Position numbers and translations under genes: made by a program
DNA from: Euprymna scolopes
Taxonomy: Eukaryota
Reading direction: 5' to 3' (one strand)
Assembly: GCA_053919585.1 (NCBI GenBank)
Contig: CM132814.1
Length of the DNA: 64,000 nucleotides
In this document: piece by piece, positions 13,797-27,829 of the stretch
How the letters are laid out: each line of letters starts with the position of its first letter
How positions within the stretch are numbered: the stretch's first letter is position 1
The notes under the pieces: model-generated
Database searches by the model: none
Seen by the model: only the letters and a program-made list of their open reading frames with translations
Told to the model about the DNA's origin: nothing

Positions 13797-16700
13797 GTCT
13801 CAAATCAAGTTGTAGAAGTAAAACTTTTTATATGTTTTATGAACATTTCAACATATGTTTCATTAGCAAAATATAAAAAAAGAAAAATGTTCAGTATTGT
13901 CTACATCATTATAGATATTTTTCTACACGATTTTTTAATAAATTATTGAAGTTTTATATAATTCACTCATGTCCACACATACTCACACACGTGTGTGTGT
14001 GTGTGGTTGTACATGTTTTTAAATTTTCCTTTTTTCTAAAGATGACATATACCTAAAAAATTCAAAGAATATAGCAGCACGATATTGCCATGATTTGACA
14101 CAATTATGTTGGTAAATAAATTATAAATGAAAGTCATTTAATTCACTCATTCTTGTTTGCTATCTAACAATGTTTGTATCACGCAATGTTTTTCTATAAA
14201 ACTGCATTGCCAAACAACTCTTTACATAATATGCAAAACATTCTTTTTAAAACGATCATTTTTGCATTGCATTGTCTTGCTTCTTTTCTTGTCAGAGAAA
14301 AGTATTAAACAAAAATGTGTCAAGAAATATCAAACATTGTGATCTATTTCTAAAAAACATTCATATTGGAAGAGAAAGCCAAGAAAAAAGGATTGCATTT
14401 AAAACATGGGAAGAGATTAGTGAGAAAAAGGTAAAAAGAATGTAGGAATAAGGTAATTTAGAGTCAGTACTTACACATGTGACGATCTGGAAAAATGACA
14501 ACAATCTATTTAAAACAACTATAAAAAAACAAGCAAACTAGTTTAACATAAAGCATGGCTTCTCAACCAGAAATGCTTGCACAACAAAGGGGGGGGGGGT
14601 AATGCGAGATAACCTTGAATTAAGTAATCTGTTAAAATTTAAAGTTCAGAATGTTTTAATGCTCGAACATTTGAATGTTGAATTTCATATGATCACCCTG
14701 AAGGGATGATGGATGACACACACTGAACTGTGAAGCAAGGGTTACACAATCACTAACTCCATCTCCCCCTGAGTTGGCATTGCTCGAGTTCAGTGGCAAG
14801 GAGAAGTCCAGGATGACTGGAAACAATGCCAAGATAAGGTGAGAACACATACAGCATCTGTTATTACCAAACGGTCACCCATTTTAGTACTGACCAGGCT
14901 CAACACTGCTTAACTTCTGTGATCTAACGGAATGTCAATGTGATTATGTTGGCAATGCTACAGAATACTAGAAAGTGGATTAATCTGTGTTCAGTCTTGA
15001 TAAAATTAAAACGTTTAACACAAAAATTAGCCACAATATCTGATACAATGTAAAAAGATAAACTATTTAATAAACAATTTTTTTTAAATTTTTTATCTTT
15101 TTGCATTGTATGCCTTTAAAGATTTTTATGTTTTTTTTTTTATTCAAATTTTCTACGTCAATGTTCAGTCTCACGAGACAAAAGATACCCGCTGTACGGG
15201 GCAACTGTGTATGTAATTGTGAGGCAAAGGTTGCAAAATCCCTAGCCACACCTTTCCTGAATCGGCATTCCTTGGGTCCAGTAGCAAGAAGAGGTCCAAG
15301 ACTGACTGGAAACAATGCCAAGATAAGCGGAGAGCATATACAGCACCTGGAATTCCAAAATGGTCACCCATTTTAGTACTGAACAGAATCAATGTTGCTT
15401 AACTTTAGTGATCTGACGGGAACCAGTGTGTCAAACGTAATATCAATAATGCTTTATAAAAATATGACAATCCTCAATTTCTTTAGTAACATTTATAATT
15501 TGTGACCTTTGCTGATTATCACTGGAATAATTCTTCATCTATTGATTTAGATTTTCGTATTGTTGTTAACACTTAAATTACTGATAGAGATGAACTGAAG
15601 GGTTCAGGGGTTTTTAGGGTTCAGGGGTTCATGCAGAGGAGTAGGACTTTTCTGAGATGGTCTTCTAGGGCATCCTTTATCGGTCTTCATACACTCGCCC
15701 AGTATTACGTGATTCGTGAAATAATTTTGCAGCAGTTTCTTCAAAGTGAATGACCGAATGCGAGATGAAGAGTCACATCCTTCAAGAGGTAATCCTGTTC
15801 ATATGCATGGGCATAGACAGAACACGACGGATGTAGGGGGGAGTAAACCTCAATAAACAATCCTGTAATTCCCATGAGTAACAGTAATTCCTGTGGTGTC
15901 CAACGGAAGTGTGGCAGTGGATCAGAGAACCCTGTGGTTGTACGGATGATTATATTCTTGACAACGGACAAGAACAATACCGCAGTTAGCGGAAAACTAT
16001 AGAGAGATGGGGGTCTTGCCAAAAAATCGTCCCTCTGAAAAGATTGGTGTTCGGAAAGGTATTCAGTTATAAAATTTTGCTTTAATTTTTTTAGTGGTGA
16101 TTTGAAATCCATGGCGCAGTATTGAGTCTCTACGGTTCCAGGTGAGCACTGTCTGAAGATAATGGTTTCAATCCTACCCAAAGCAGGCCTGAGGATGAGT
16201 TGCCCAAAACGTGATGAGACAACAACTGTGGAAGGCAGTAATTATTGCGGATACAGTTACAAGACTCAGCGTTCCTATCCTGTCGCAGTTAATCATTCGA
16301 AGAAGGCCAGAGGATGAGTTGGCCGAAACATGGTGAAACAACAACTATAAAGATGAGGATAAGAGTCCACAAAAAGAACGAATGCACAAACTATGGCTTA
16401 GCGAAATAAATGGCAGTTGCCAAAAGCAGACCTGTGCAAGCCATGGAAACCGGTCTACAACTGTCAGTCATGTTTCTATTTTATAATAACAAAAATTTAT
16501 TCATTTTGGTAACAGAAAAAATATTTAATTTGTGTGTGATTTCCAAGAACCGTTCCAATTCTGAAATTTTCCAAGAAAATTAGATTCAGAATAATTCTAC
16601 ATTTGCGTCAGAGTTTCAAAGTATCACAATATTAAGACAAAGATGGTTATTTAAAAATCTCATGGGGCGGTCAGGACCTTCGCAAGACTACCTGTCACAG

Positions 16701-19700
16701 AGGGGACCCTCACAAGATGACCTGGTAAAAGCAACCATTACAAAAACAGATGATGCAATTCCTGTTTAAGAAAGGGGAGGGGGTCATACCCATCGGTTGC
16801 AAATGCAGTTCGACTCCCGTGCATTATTAGGTCATTTAGTTGTCACAGTAAATAAATTCTTTGGTTCATTTTTTTTTTAAGTCGCGTATAACTGCATGTG
16901 CATTACCATGATTTGGTTTGGTTGTTTTATGACATATCAACCCTTTTTTTGGTCATTTAATACCGAATGCAATAATTTTTGAAAATGTTTTAAGGTTCTT
17001 TACATTTTCAAATATTTATTCATGGTGTTTGGTTTGGTTGTTTTGGGTTAAGCCATATTGATAAACGTTTTTATGCTTCAAGTTCTTTATAACTTCAAAT
17101 ATTTATTGATAGTATTTCGTTGTTTTCAGAGAAAAATTGCTTTTGTTTTTGACTTTGCAGAACATGATTGAGTTTTGCAAAGGAATCAAAAAAACAATGA
17201 CATGAAAGTTATACTATCCATCTACATTATTTACTGAAAAATGAAATTTAATCATTTTTTTTCTTCTTAAATAACAAAATATGAATCCTTCAATGGTTTA
17301 AAATAATTAAAAATGAGTTAATTTAACCCTTATTTTTTTAATTTAATTTAAAATTAAAAAATTTGTAAGATATCTCACTGCCGCTGCAATTCTCTACCTG
17401 TATAAGAGCCAAGTATATCCTAGGATAGAGTACTGTTCCCATATCTGGGCAGGAGTTGCTAGGAACACCTTATCCCACCTTGACAGAGTTCAAAATAGAC
17501 TTTGTAACCTAGTAGGGAATGTCCTTTTCTCTTCCCTGCAACCTCTTTTGCACAGAAGAGACGTTGAGAGCCTGTCTCTGCTTTTATCAGTATTTTCATA
17601 ACAAGTGCTGGTCTGAGCTCAAATCTACGCCGCTCCACTTGCCAAACTTTCACGAAAAACACTAGTCTAGCTAAAACCACTATCAATAATTTAACCAACT
17701 CTTTATCTTTGTCCGAACCTAAACATAGATTCCATGAACAAAGCTTTCTTAGAACTGCACGACTATGGAACTGTCTTCCATTTCTCTGCTTTTCAGTTGA
17801 TTACAATATGGTTGTCTTCAAGTCCAATGTAAACAAATTCTTGATGAGCTGTCCTCTTAAGTAATCTAATGATTACTACGATATTGTCCCATTGACTATC
17901 GTACTCTCATTAACCCCTATCCTCGAGTGGTTTCCGGGTCTTGATAAGTGGTTACTTTTTTTTTTTTTTTTTTTTTTTTTGAAAAAAAAAGTTTGCTACA
18001 TTTTAGAAGACATTAATTTTCCGTATTAAAATATGTAAAGAAATTTGAAAATCAAATAATTTTATTTTTTTTAATGAATAAAAATAATTCATTTTAAATG
18101 CTGAACATTTCAACAAAATTTCGTTTTTAAAGCAAAACTTTTTTCTTTTTTCATTCTATTGCAATCAATCCATTTTGTGGAGACAGATGTTTTCTAAGAC
18201 ATGACTAACCTCTTTTAATTAGAAAAAAAAAATAATAAAAAAGCATCAACCACTCTAAATATACATTGACATTGGACTTTACTTTTAAAACTTTTGTCAC
18301 CAAGATCGGGCATATATTTTACTGTCTCCACAAGAGAGACAATTCTCCTGGGGTTAATACCAGTAGAATGAATAAGAAAGGACATTTTAATTTGTCAAAA
18401 ATCTCGAATTTTAAACTAAAAGATTTTATTTAAAAAAAAAAAAAAATTACATTTGGTTTGCAAATTTCTCAAAGAAAATTTTATTTAAATTAAAAAATGT
18501 GCAGAGTAACTTTTTTTTTTTTACTCATTTTACTTTAGTGTACGTTGTAAAAAAAAAAAAAAATAATTGCATATGAAAAAAAAAAAAAATTTTTAATTCA
18601 TAAAATTAGCCTCACCTTTTCTCTTCCAACATTTCAAGTTCCTGACGATGCATACTTTCAAAATCGGTTCTAAAAAAAACAAATAATTAAATAAATAAAA
18701 ATAAACCAAAAAATTATTTTAAGTACTCATTTTTTTTTACTCATTTAAAAAAAAAAAAAAAGAAAAAGGTCCTTGTCCAGAATTCCCCCATATTAAAAAC
18801 AAAAGAAATATCTGCATGATATACATACTTATGATGAAACAAAATATCATATTCCAAAAATCACTTAAATTGATGAAGTTTTATTTTTATTAAGAAAATC
18901 ATTTTTCAGTGATTAATAGGAATTCATAGACATTACAACATAAATCAAGTGAGAGTCATTCTTATACTTATAGAATTTAATTTTCTTATTTAAAAATAAA
19001 ACTACCCTACCAATTTATGTGATTTTTGGAATATGATATTTTCGTTTCATCACACGTATGTACATCATACAGATTTTTTTCTATTAATAGAAGAATTCTG
19101 AAAAAGATCCAAGCAAAATAATTCAATAGGATGTTCGACCCCACCATTTCGTGGATTATATACACACACACACAAATATTAGGTTGACAAGAAAGTTCTT
19201 GTGGAATTTTTTATTTCGATTCAAATGATGTATTTTCAAATAAGTTTTCGTTATAATACCTTTACTTTATTCATCATTTTAACGAGCGTTTTTCACTATC
19301 TCGTCGTTTAAATTACAATCGTTTTAAAACAATTGTCTTCTTTTCGGAACCTTGTATACAAGATGAAAAAAAATCCAAATTTGCACAATTTTTTTATTTC
19401 AATTCAAGCTAGGCTGAAAATATGCTGAAACAGCTCGCGATATCAACAAAACATTTGGCCCAGGAACCACTACTGAATGCACAGCACAATGGTGGTTTAA
19501 GAAATTTTGTGGCAGTGATGAGAGTCTTAAAGATGATGAGTGTAGTGGTTGGTCATCAGATATTGACAACAATCAATTAAGAGCCTTAGTCGAAACCAAT
19601 CCATGCACAACTGTTTGAGAACTTGCTTCTGGATTAGACGTAACGTATACAACAATTTCCAACTACTTTAGAGAGATTGGAAAGACAAAAAAAACTTCAT

Positions 19701-22700
19701 AAATGGGTGCCTCACAAATTGAACGACAACCAAAAGAAACAACGTTATGAAGTGCCATCTTCTCTTCTTCTATGCAACAAGAATGATTTGTTTCTTGACA
19801 GAGTTGTGACTTGTGATGCAAAGTGGATTCTTTACCACAACCAGCGATGCTCAGCTCAATGGTTAAACGCTGACAAAGCTTCACGACACTTCCTGAAGCC
19901 AGAGTTGCACTAAAAGAAGATCTCATTCATTAGTTTTTTTTAATGCGGCGAAGTACTGTCAACAAATGGATGAAATGCACCAGAAACTTTGACAACAACA
20001 CCCAGCATTAGTCAACAGAAAAGGCCCAATTCTCCTCCATGATAATGCCCGACTGCACATTATTTAAGCAATCCAGCAGAAGTTGAACGAATTGGGTTAC
20101 GAAACTGCCTCATCCGCCATACTCTCAAGACCTCTCACCTACCGATTACCAAGCATCTCGACAAGTTTCTGCATGAGAAATGCTTAAAAAACCTAAGCGA
20201 TACCAAAAACGCCTTCAGTGACTTCATTGTCACCAAAACACAAGATTTTTTTGTCGTTGGAATAAAAACACTTGTTGATTCTGATGGTGCTTACTTCGAT
20301 GAATATGTTCATCTGAATTTAAAAGTTGAAAACCACAAGAACTTTGTCAACCCGAGATTATGTGTATGTATATATATATATATGTAGAATAAGGACTATC
20401 ATTGGAATTTATGTAAAATGCCAGAAAATTTGCTATTTACATTGCAACTGCTGTCCAATTTTTTCAATAAAATAAATATTTTTGTTATGAAGATAATTCG
20501 TACCCCAGATTCAAACGACATAAGTCCAGTTCAAACAGACAGAAGTATATAGAAGCCAGAAATAACTAAGAAAGAAATAGCGACAGCTAAGAGAGAATTT
20601 ACTGAAACCACCAAAAAACGCATCGAAGCACAGAAATTAGGAACCCGTGACTTCTGGAAAATCTGCAACAGTGTAGTAAATAATGGGCAATCAACAATTC
20701 CCCCACTCTCCAACAATCATGAAGTTGTTTGCTCAGCAACCGAGAAGGCTAATATGGTTGCCAGTCTGTTTGTCTCTAACTCCACACTGGACCCTGCTAA
20801 CCACCCCCTTCCTGACTTTCCTTTGCGGACAGACGCCACACTAGACGATCTGAAAATTACCTCTTCTCAGGTGCATACTATCATAAAAAGTCTTGACACT
20901 TCAAAAGCATGTGGACCTGATCTCATCTCAGCCGTGCTATGAAAAAAGTGCTCTGCCGAAGTAGCTCCAGTTCTCTCCAAACTTTACAACAAATGCCTTT
21001 TTTAATTTTTTTTTTTTTTTTTTTACAAAGGTGGTCACCACTTATCAAGGCCCGGAAGCCACTCGGAGATAAGGGTTATTGCGTGTACAGTACATTAGTG
21101 TTGAGATTTGATAAAGTGTCTTACTTAAGGGGGCGGTTCATCAGGAATTTGTTTATGTTGGACTTGAAGACATCCAGGTTATAGTCAGGTGGGAAACAGG
21201 CAAACGGAACAGAGTTCCACAGGTGTTCACTTCTAAGAAAGAAGCTTTGTTCATGGAATCTACGTTTTGATTTTGGCACAGATTAAGAGTGGGAAAAATT
21301 TTGGACAGTGGTTTCAGCTAGACGGCTGTTTTGTGTAAAAGATTGGCGGGGGGGGGGCAGGGATTGGAGCTCAGACGAGCACTAGCCATGGAAGTAACAA
21401 AGACAGGCTCGCAATGTCTCCCCTGTGGGAGAGAGGTTGCAGGGAAGAGAAAAGGATATCCCCCACGAAGCCTATTTTGTACTCTCTCAAGGCAGGTTAG
21501 GCTGTTTTTAGCAGCTCCTGCCCAGATGTGGCAGCAGTACTTCATCCTTGGACGTACTTGGCTTTTATATAGATAGAGAATTGCATCAGCAGTGAGATAT
21601 TTTCTGGAGCGGTAGAAGGATCCTACCATTTTTCCAGCGACCTTGGCAACAGACTTGATGTATGTGTTCCATTTCAGGTCAGAAGCTTATCAAAACATGG
21701 GGCTTCCCCTAGACGAGAGCCATCCATTTCAATTGATGCCAGACTTTCTTGCCTGCTGGAAAACTGCTTCTGTGGTACCAGTTTTCAAGAATTCTGGCGA
21801 AAGAACTGACCCAGTAAATTACCGCCCCATTAGCCTCCTCCCACTTTTCGCCAAAATATTTGAGTCCATAATTAACAAGACTCTAGTCCATCACCTTACA
21901 GATGCTAAACTTCTGACCAACCAACAATATTCTGGTATTTTATATAAACTTCCCAGAAAATTCTGATGATAGCTGTGTAAAAAGAAAAATAAATAAAAAA
22001 GAAAAATATAAAAAAGAATATAAAAAAGAAAAAAAAGAAAATACAAAAGAAAAAAACCCCAAAGAAATCAGGTAAAACAAGAACTAAAAACTGGAAAACA
22101 ATTTTACCCCATGCTGAGGTTATCCGTTGATCGGTACAGATCTGTCATTGACCGACTCAGGAGAGACGTCTGAGAGATGTTCAGATTACACTGAAAAGAG
22201 AAAAATTTAGAATTAAATGTTACATTCTTTGTTCTCTTCAATTTTGAAAAAAAAAAAAAAAAAAAAAAAAAAGGAAATCTTTCCTCAATTAGTCAATGCA
22301 AGTGCATCAATTTGTTTCTTTTTTTAAATTTTTAATTCCACGGATGCAAATTTTCATAAAAATTTTTACTTACACTTTTTAACTCTTCCCGCATCTTTGC
22401 AGCCTCTGCGGGATGGTTAAAACGAAACATGTTTGTTTTGCCCAGCAAAATAACAGCACCTACAAAAACGAAACGGCAAATATAGAATTATCTTGAAGAA
22501 TTTTTACTGATTTGTTTTAAATAGAAATCACACCAGACAAAGCGTGAAGCCATCTGATGCAAGGAGCTTAAAAAAAAAAACAAGATCAACATGTGGGTCT
22601 CCCTCGACAATTGAAAACATAACTCATGTTTGTGCCAAATTTTTTGAAAATCCAAGGCGTGGTTATTGAGAAAAATGCGAATGAATAAACGGGAGTGAAT

Positions 22701-25700
22701 TACTAGGTCCAATCCCTCCTTCCTCGGGGGAACCAATTACTAATTCAAGATCAAAAACTCACCCATAATAAGTACTAATATGAATAGATTCTGACCCCCA
22801 AAAAATAGCAATTCTTTGCCCCCTCAATCATAGAATATAAAAACTAGAGGACAAAATAAGGGAAGCCAGAGTTACTGTCGAAAGTAAATCCAAGGTTCAT
22901 TCTTTTACTCTAATTAGAAGATATTTTGACATAATTAAAAAAATCTCATAAAAGATTAAAATTTCAAGTAAAGAGTAATCAATCCTATACATTATGGCGT
23001 AACGTTTTATTTTGTAAGGTTTGAAGGAAATAAAATTGGAGGCGACATCATCAGAAAAAGTTATTCCAATAACAATTATAATTGCACAAGCACTAGAATT
23101 AAGAGCAAGTTGTTTTTTTTTTTTTTAACTATCTTTTATTTATGAAGACATGTTTTTTTTTATTGATGAAAAAAACAAACATATTTTCATAAATAAAAAA
23201 AAACATGTTTATTTATGTATGAAAAGATGTTTTAATTTATAAAAAAAATGTATTTTTTTTATTTATGAAAAGATGTTTTTTATTTATGAAAAGGCGTTTT
23301 TCCCATGAAAATAGATGATGAATGAATTTATGAAAACAGATTTTTTTTTTATTTATGAAAACAGATTTTTATTTTTATGGAAGACCCTTATAACCAATAA
23401 TCTTGAGCGTTTCTCTGATTCTCCTTGAAAATAGCCCAGTCTCATAACACTCCACTAGCAATGATAATGGCTGATACATGCATCATTATCTGAGTTTCTG
23501 CTTCTCTCCACATAAATTGTTACAAAGCACAAATTCGTCATTTGTTCATGCATGGAGTATTGTTGCCATATCTGGACTGCTGCATCTTCCACTAGACTTG
23601 GAGAGGATTAAAAAAAGAATCTCAAATTTAATATGTCCCGCACTGTCAATCAAGCTCCAACCTCTGTCCCATCGCTGCAATTTTACATCTCTGTGCCGGT
23701 TTTACAAGTACATTAGTGGAATGTGCTCTGATGAACTCCAATCACTTCTGGCCCATCGATGTAAATACACCCAATTAACCTGAAAATGTAGCAAAATCCT
23801 ACCCCTACAGAGATTCTGCATGTTGGTATTTTTGAGGAAACAGGGAAGCAGGATGGGAATTCCAAAGGTTAACAGTTTGATGAAAGAAGCTATTAGAGTA
23901 AAAAGCCCTCCGGTATTTGTGGACTTTTATATTGAAGAGGTGGGATTTTGCTGAATGACCAGTTTATCGGAGCGTTTTTACATAGAGGGTGCACTAGTGT
24001 AGCACACTTGTCAGAGCACCTGTTTTACAAGTACTTTAATGGAATGTGGTCGGATGAACTCCCAGCACTTGTGCCCCCCTCAGCGTACATACTTCCGATT
24101 ATTCCAACAAGCAACAAAATCACACTTCTTCACTGTTGATGATCCCTAGATGATGAAACGACTTGTAGTTTCTTCTCTTGGACTGCTAGATTTTGAAATT
24201 CCTTCCCCATTTCCTACTTCTCTGACTGTACTAATCTGAAGAAGTTTAAATGTAATGTGAACAGACATCTTGTGGCTCAACTCCCCACAGCACCCTGTTA
24301 GACACAATCCCAAATAGTAACCACTTACGTTCAAAGCTACAATATGCCTTGTTTGTTGTAGAAAAATTTTTTTAAAAATAAAACCTCACCTTGTGTTAAT
24401 TTTGCTGATCCATGGATGTTAACACCATTGATGGTACACAAGGCATTGTTGATGGGATAGAGAGTCACAATACCGTCTTCATTCTCTATGACACAATGTT
24501 CTGGATGAACCTCAACTCCAGCCAGAACTGTTTCAAAGATAAAACAAATAAAAAAGAAACATCAGAAGAATTGTACAATTTTATAATGAACTAGTTTATA
24601 ATGAACAATTTTATAATGTACAATTTTATAATGTACAATTTTATAATGAACTAGTCACAAAAATATTAAACAATACGTTTTTATGTTTCATTAACTGTTT
24701 ACTGCCAGAATTTTTTTTTTATGCAATAATTTTTTTAAATCATTAAACCCACACGTGACGGAAGTTAGTGTGTAACTGACGCACGAACATAAACAAACCC
24801 CTCATTCACTTGTTGAACCATGTATAGACCTGTACTTTGAAGACCAGTTGGGCTGACAAGATAAGAATTTTTTTTTTTTTTGAAAAAACGACTTGAAAGT
24901 AAAATTTGCTGCTAAAGGTTAAAAGTGAAACTCTTTTCTTTAATTTTATTATTAAGTTTTCTCTTCTTTGCTCATAAAAATATATTTGCATAGATGATTA
25001 TACTGTGCAACAAATTTCAGGTTCCTATGTCTAATAACATAGTGCAACAGATCTCAGGCTTTAAAAAAATGTACATGCCAGATAAGATCTGTTTCGGCGT
25101 AAAAAACAAAAAAACAAAACATCCTGATACTAAATCTGACCTTTATTTATTTTTCATTTACTATAAATCATATTTTATTATTAGTGGTTATGAATGAAAA
25201 ACACAGAATTGTCAGTTTAAACAACAAGTGTCCTTTTAATCCTCTTGTCATCCTCCCTTTTTTATATTTCAGCAGTCGTCTGCCAACATGGCAGGGTTCC
25301 ATTTTTTTTTAAAACGTTTCTCCATCACCAAAATATTTTGATGGAATCTCGTCATGTTCATCTCCCACATCACTAAGATTCTCAACAAAATTCTTAAAAT
25401 TGACAATTTTGAAAAAAAAAAAAAAATGTACTTAATTCAACAAAAAGGCGTCCAGAAATGGATTTTCCATGCTATTGTCCTACAAATCTTTTGGTTGCAC
25501 AGATGATTACTGAAGTGAGCTGGACACACATAAATTCAAATTTCTAATTCGCAACAAAAAATAGCATCGATATTATACGTTTAATTTTTCTTTTTATTCA
25601 GCAGAAAATTAAAATTCTAGCAAAAAGTCTTCCGGGCAAAGTCAATTGATACTGAGTGTTAAAAATTTTATTTGAGTATATATTATGCAAGATTAAACAA

Positions 25701-27787
25701 TTTTTACTTCTTGCCTAAAATTCACCCCATATTAAAAAAAAAAAAAAAAAATTAAAAATCATATTCCAAAAATCAGCTAAATTGATCAAGTAGTTTTTTT
25801 TATGAAGAAAATATTTTTAAGTGATTAATGGGAATTCGTAGGCATAACATAAATCTTGCGTGTTTCAATTATTGAATTATCTCCCTTTGTTATTGTTTTT
25901 TTTTTTTATAGATGATTTTCAAAAAATCATCTAAAAAAAAAAACAATAACAAAGGGAGATAATTCAGTAATTGAAACAATGGCACACAAGACAGCTGCTC
26001 TATCGTTACTCATAAAATTTGATTTTCTGATCTAAGAATCAAACTACTTGACCAATTTATATGATTTTTGGAATATGAGATTTTCGTTTTATTACAGGCA
26101 TATAAATCTCACCTGTTTAACTGTATGCATGTTTGTATGTCTCGTAAAAACTTTCGATAGAGGCGACGGATTTTCACAAGATCAGTATCATTTTGAAGGT
26201 CGTCCCTTCGGACGACAAATATCGAAAAATTAATTTCTTCACCCTCAACTGGGCAATTTTGTACAGGGAGGGTTGGTTCTTTCGCTGATATTTTTTGCAA
26301 GTCATTCAACCCTTGACATCACATACAGGGCATTATTTTGACTACCTGTGATGTCACAACCACGGTAGACACATTGGTAAGACCATTTGTTTTTTTTTTC
26401 ACTTCTTTTTCCTCTGGCGTGTTACGGGTTCGAGCCTGCTTACAATGTTTTTTTTTTTTGCTCAAGCAACACCCTTACACACACCTCCACTTTCTTTTCC
26501 GCCTTGCATCATGGGTCCGAGCCTGCCTGCCTACTACAACTTTTTTTTTTTTGCTCAACACACACCTCCAAACACTCGGGGAATGCCAGGCACCCAGGGG
26601 CTAGTTGATTAAATAAGATGCCCAAAGAGGCATATTTAATAAACAAGGAATATGTCTTATTACCAAGTTTTCTTCTGCAAAAAAGAAATAAACAAAATAA
26701 AAGAAATATTTTACCGATGTCTTGAGGCACTTCAGCATCTCCTCTGCCAATCGTGGTTTTACCAGCCTAGGAGAAAAAAATAAAACATTGATTTTCATAA
26801 TCTTTTTGCAAAGATATTAACAATCATTTCATCATATCACCGAGGAATACATGTAAAGAAAAATCTCTCACTTTTTTCATTCTTTATATTTTTTTTTTTT
26901 ACTTTATTTTTGGTTGTTAACTTATTTTAACTACAACATTCTTCTCACCTCATTCATATTGTAACATGTTTTCTTCGAATTAATGCAAGCTTTTTCTGAA
27001 AGTTTGAATTTATTAAAAGCTATTTTATATTTTAGATTTTCCTGTCATTATTTATATCACAAACACATAAGATATGAATATTCTGTTGAATATTAAAATG
27101 AAAAAATTTTTTTTTTAATTTATAATTATGAGCACTTAGCAAGATTACATCTAGTAGAAATCTTTTTGAATAATTTTGATGTTGGAAAAAAAAAAAAAAA
27201 AAAAGAAATTGGAAAAAATAAAAAAAAAGAAATCGGGGGAAAAAAAAAAAAAAGAAGAAGAAAGAAAACATTTCTAACCTTTAAATGATACAGCATAATT
27301 CCGGTACTTAGAATGTCATCATCGATTCCAATAAGATGAGGCAATTCTGAATCTAAAACCACCCCAAGACCTTCTTTTCTCAGGGCAAGAGTTGACTCTT
27401 CCTGAAAAGAAAAAAATGATAATAAAAAAGACAAGGAGAAATTGGAATCAACGGGAGGATTTACACCATACAACACAGCACTAGTGAAAATAGTTAAAAT
27501 ATTTAGAAAAATTTAGCAAATATTCATTAATTGATAACTAATACCAATGTTAAAATTTCACAAAAATCAGTTATTGCAATTTTCAGACACCCTCTATTCT
27601 TTTTAGTAAAACCAAATTAAAATAAATATAGCCCACATTATAACTCTTTATGCCCAACAGCTTTGTTGCAAAATTCATAATTAGTCAATTTTTTTATGAA
27701 AATTGCTCCAAACAAGGCATGAAGCCACTTGATGTAAGGTGCTAACAAAAGCAAAAAGCGATTTACAAGTGAACCCTGTACATACAC

Positions 27788-27829
<42 letters not shown>

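Noticed and set aside
14848-14957. Functional 5S rRNA genes
   Set aside because: Copies are diverged or truncated, lack a T-run terminator after the 5S part, and continue into a shared body.
15741-16181. 146-aa ORF next to the tandem hammerhead relics as a Penelope RT fragment
   Set aside because: Only a faint RPPSLYSFP resemblance and no clear RT or GIY-YIG motifs; needs a profile search.
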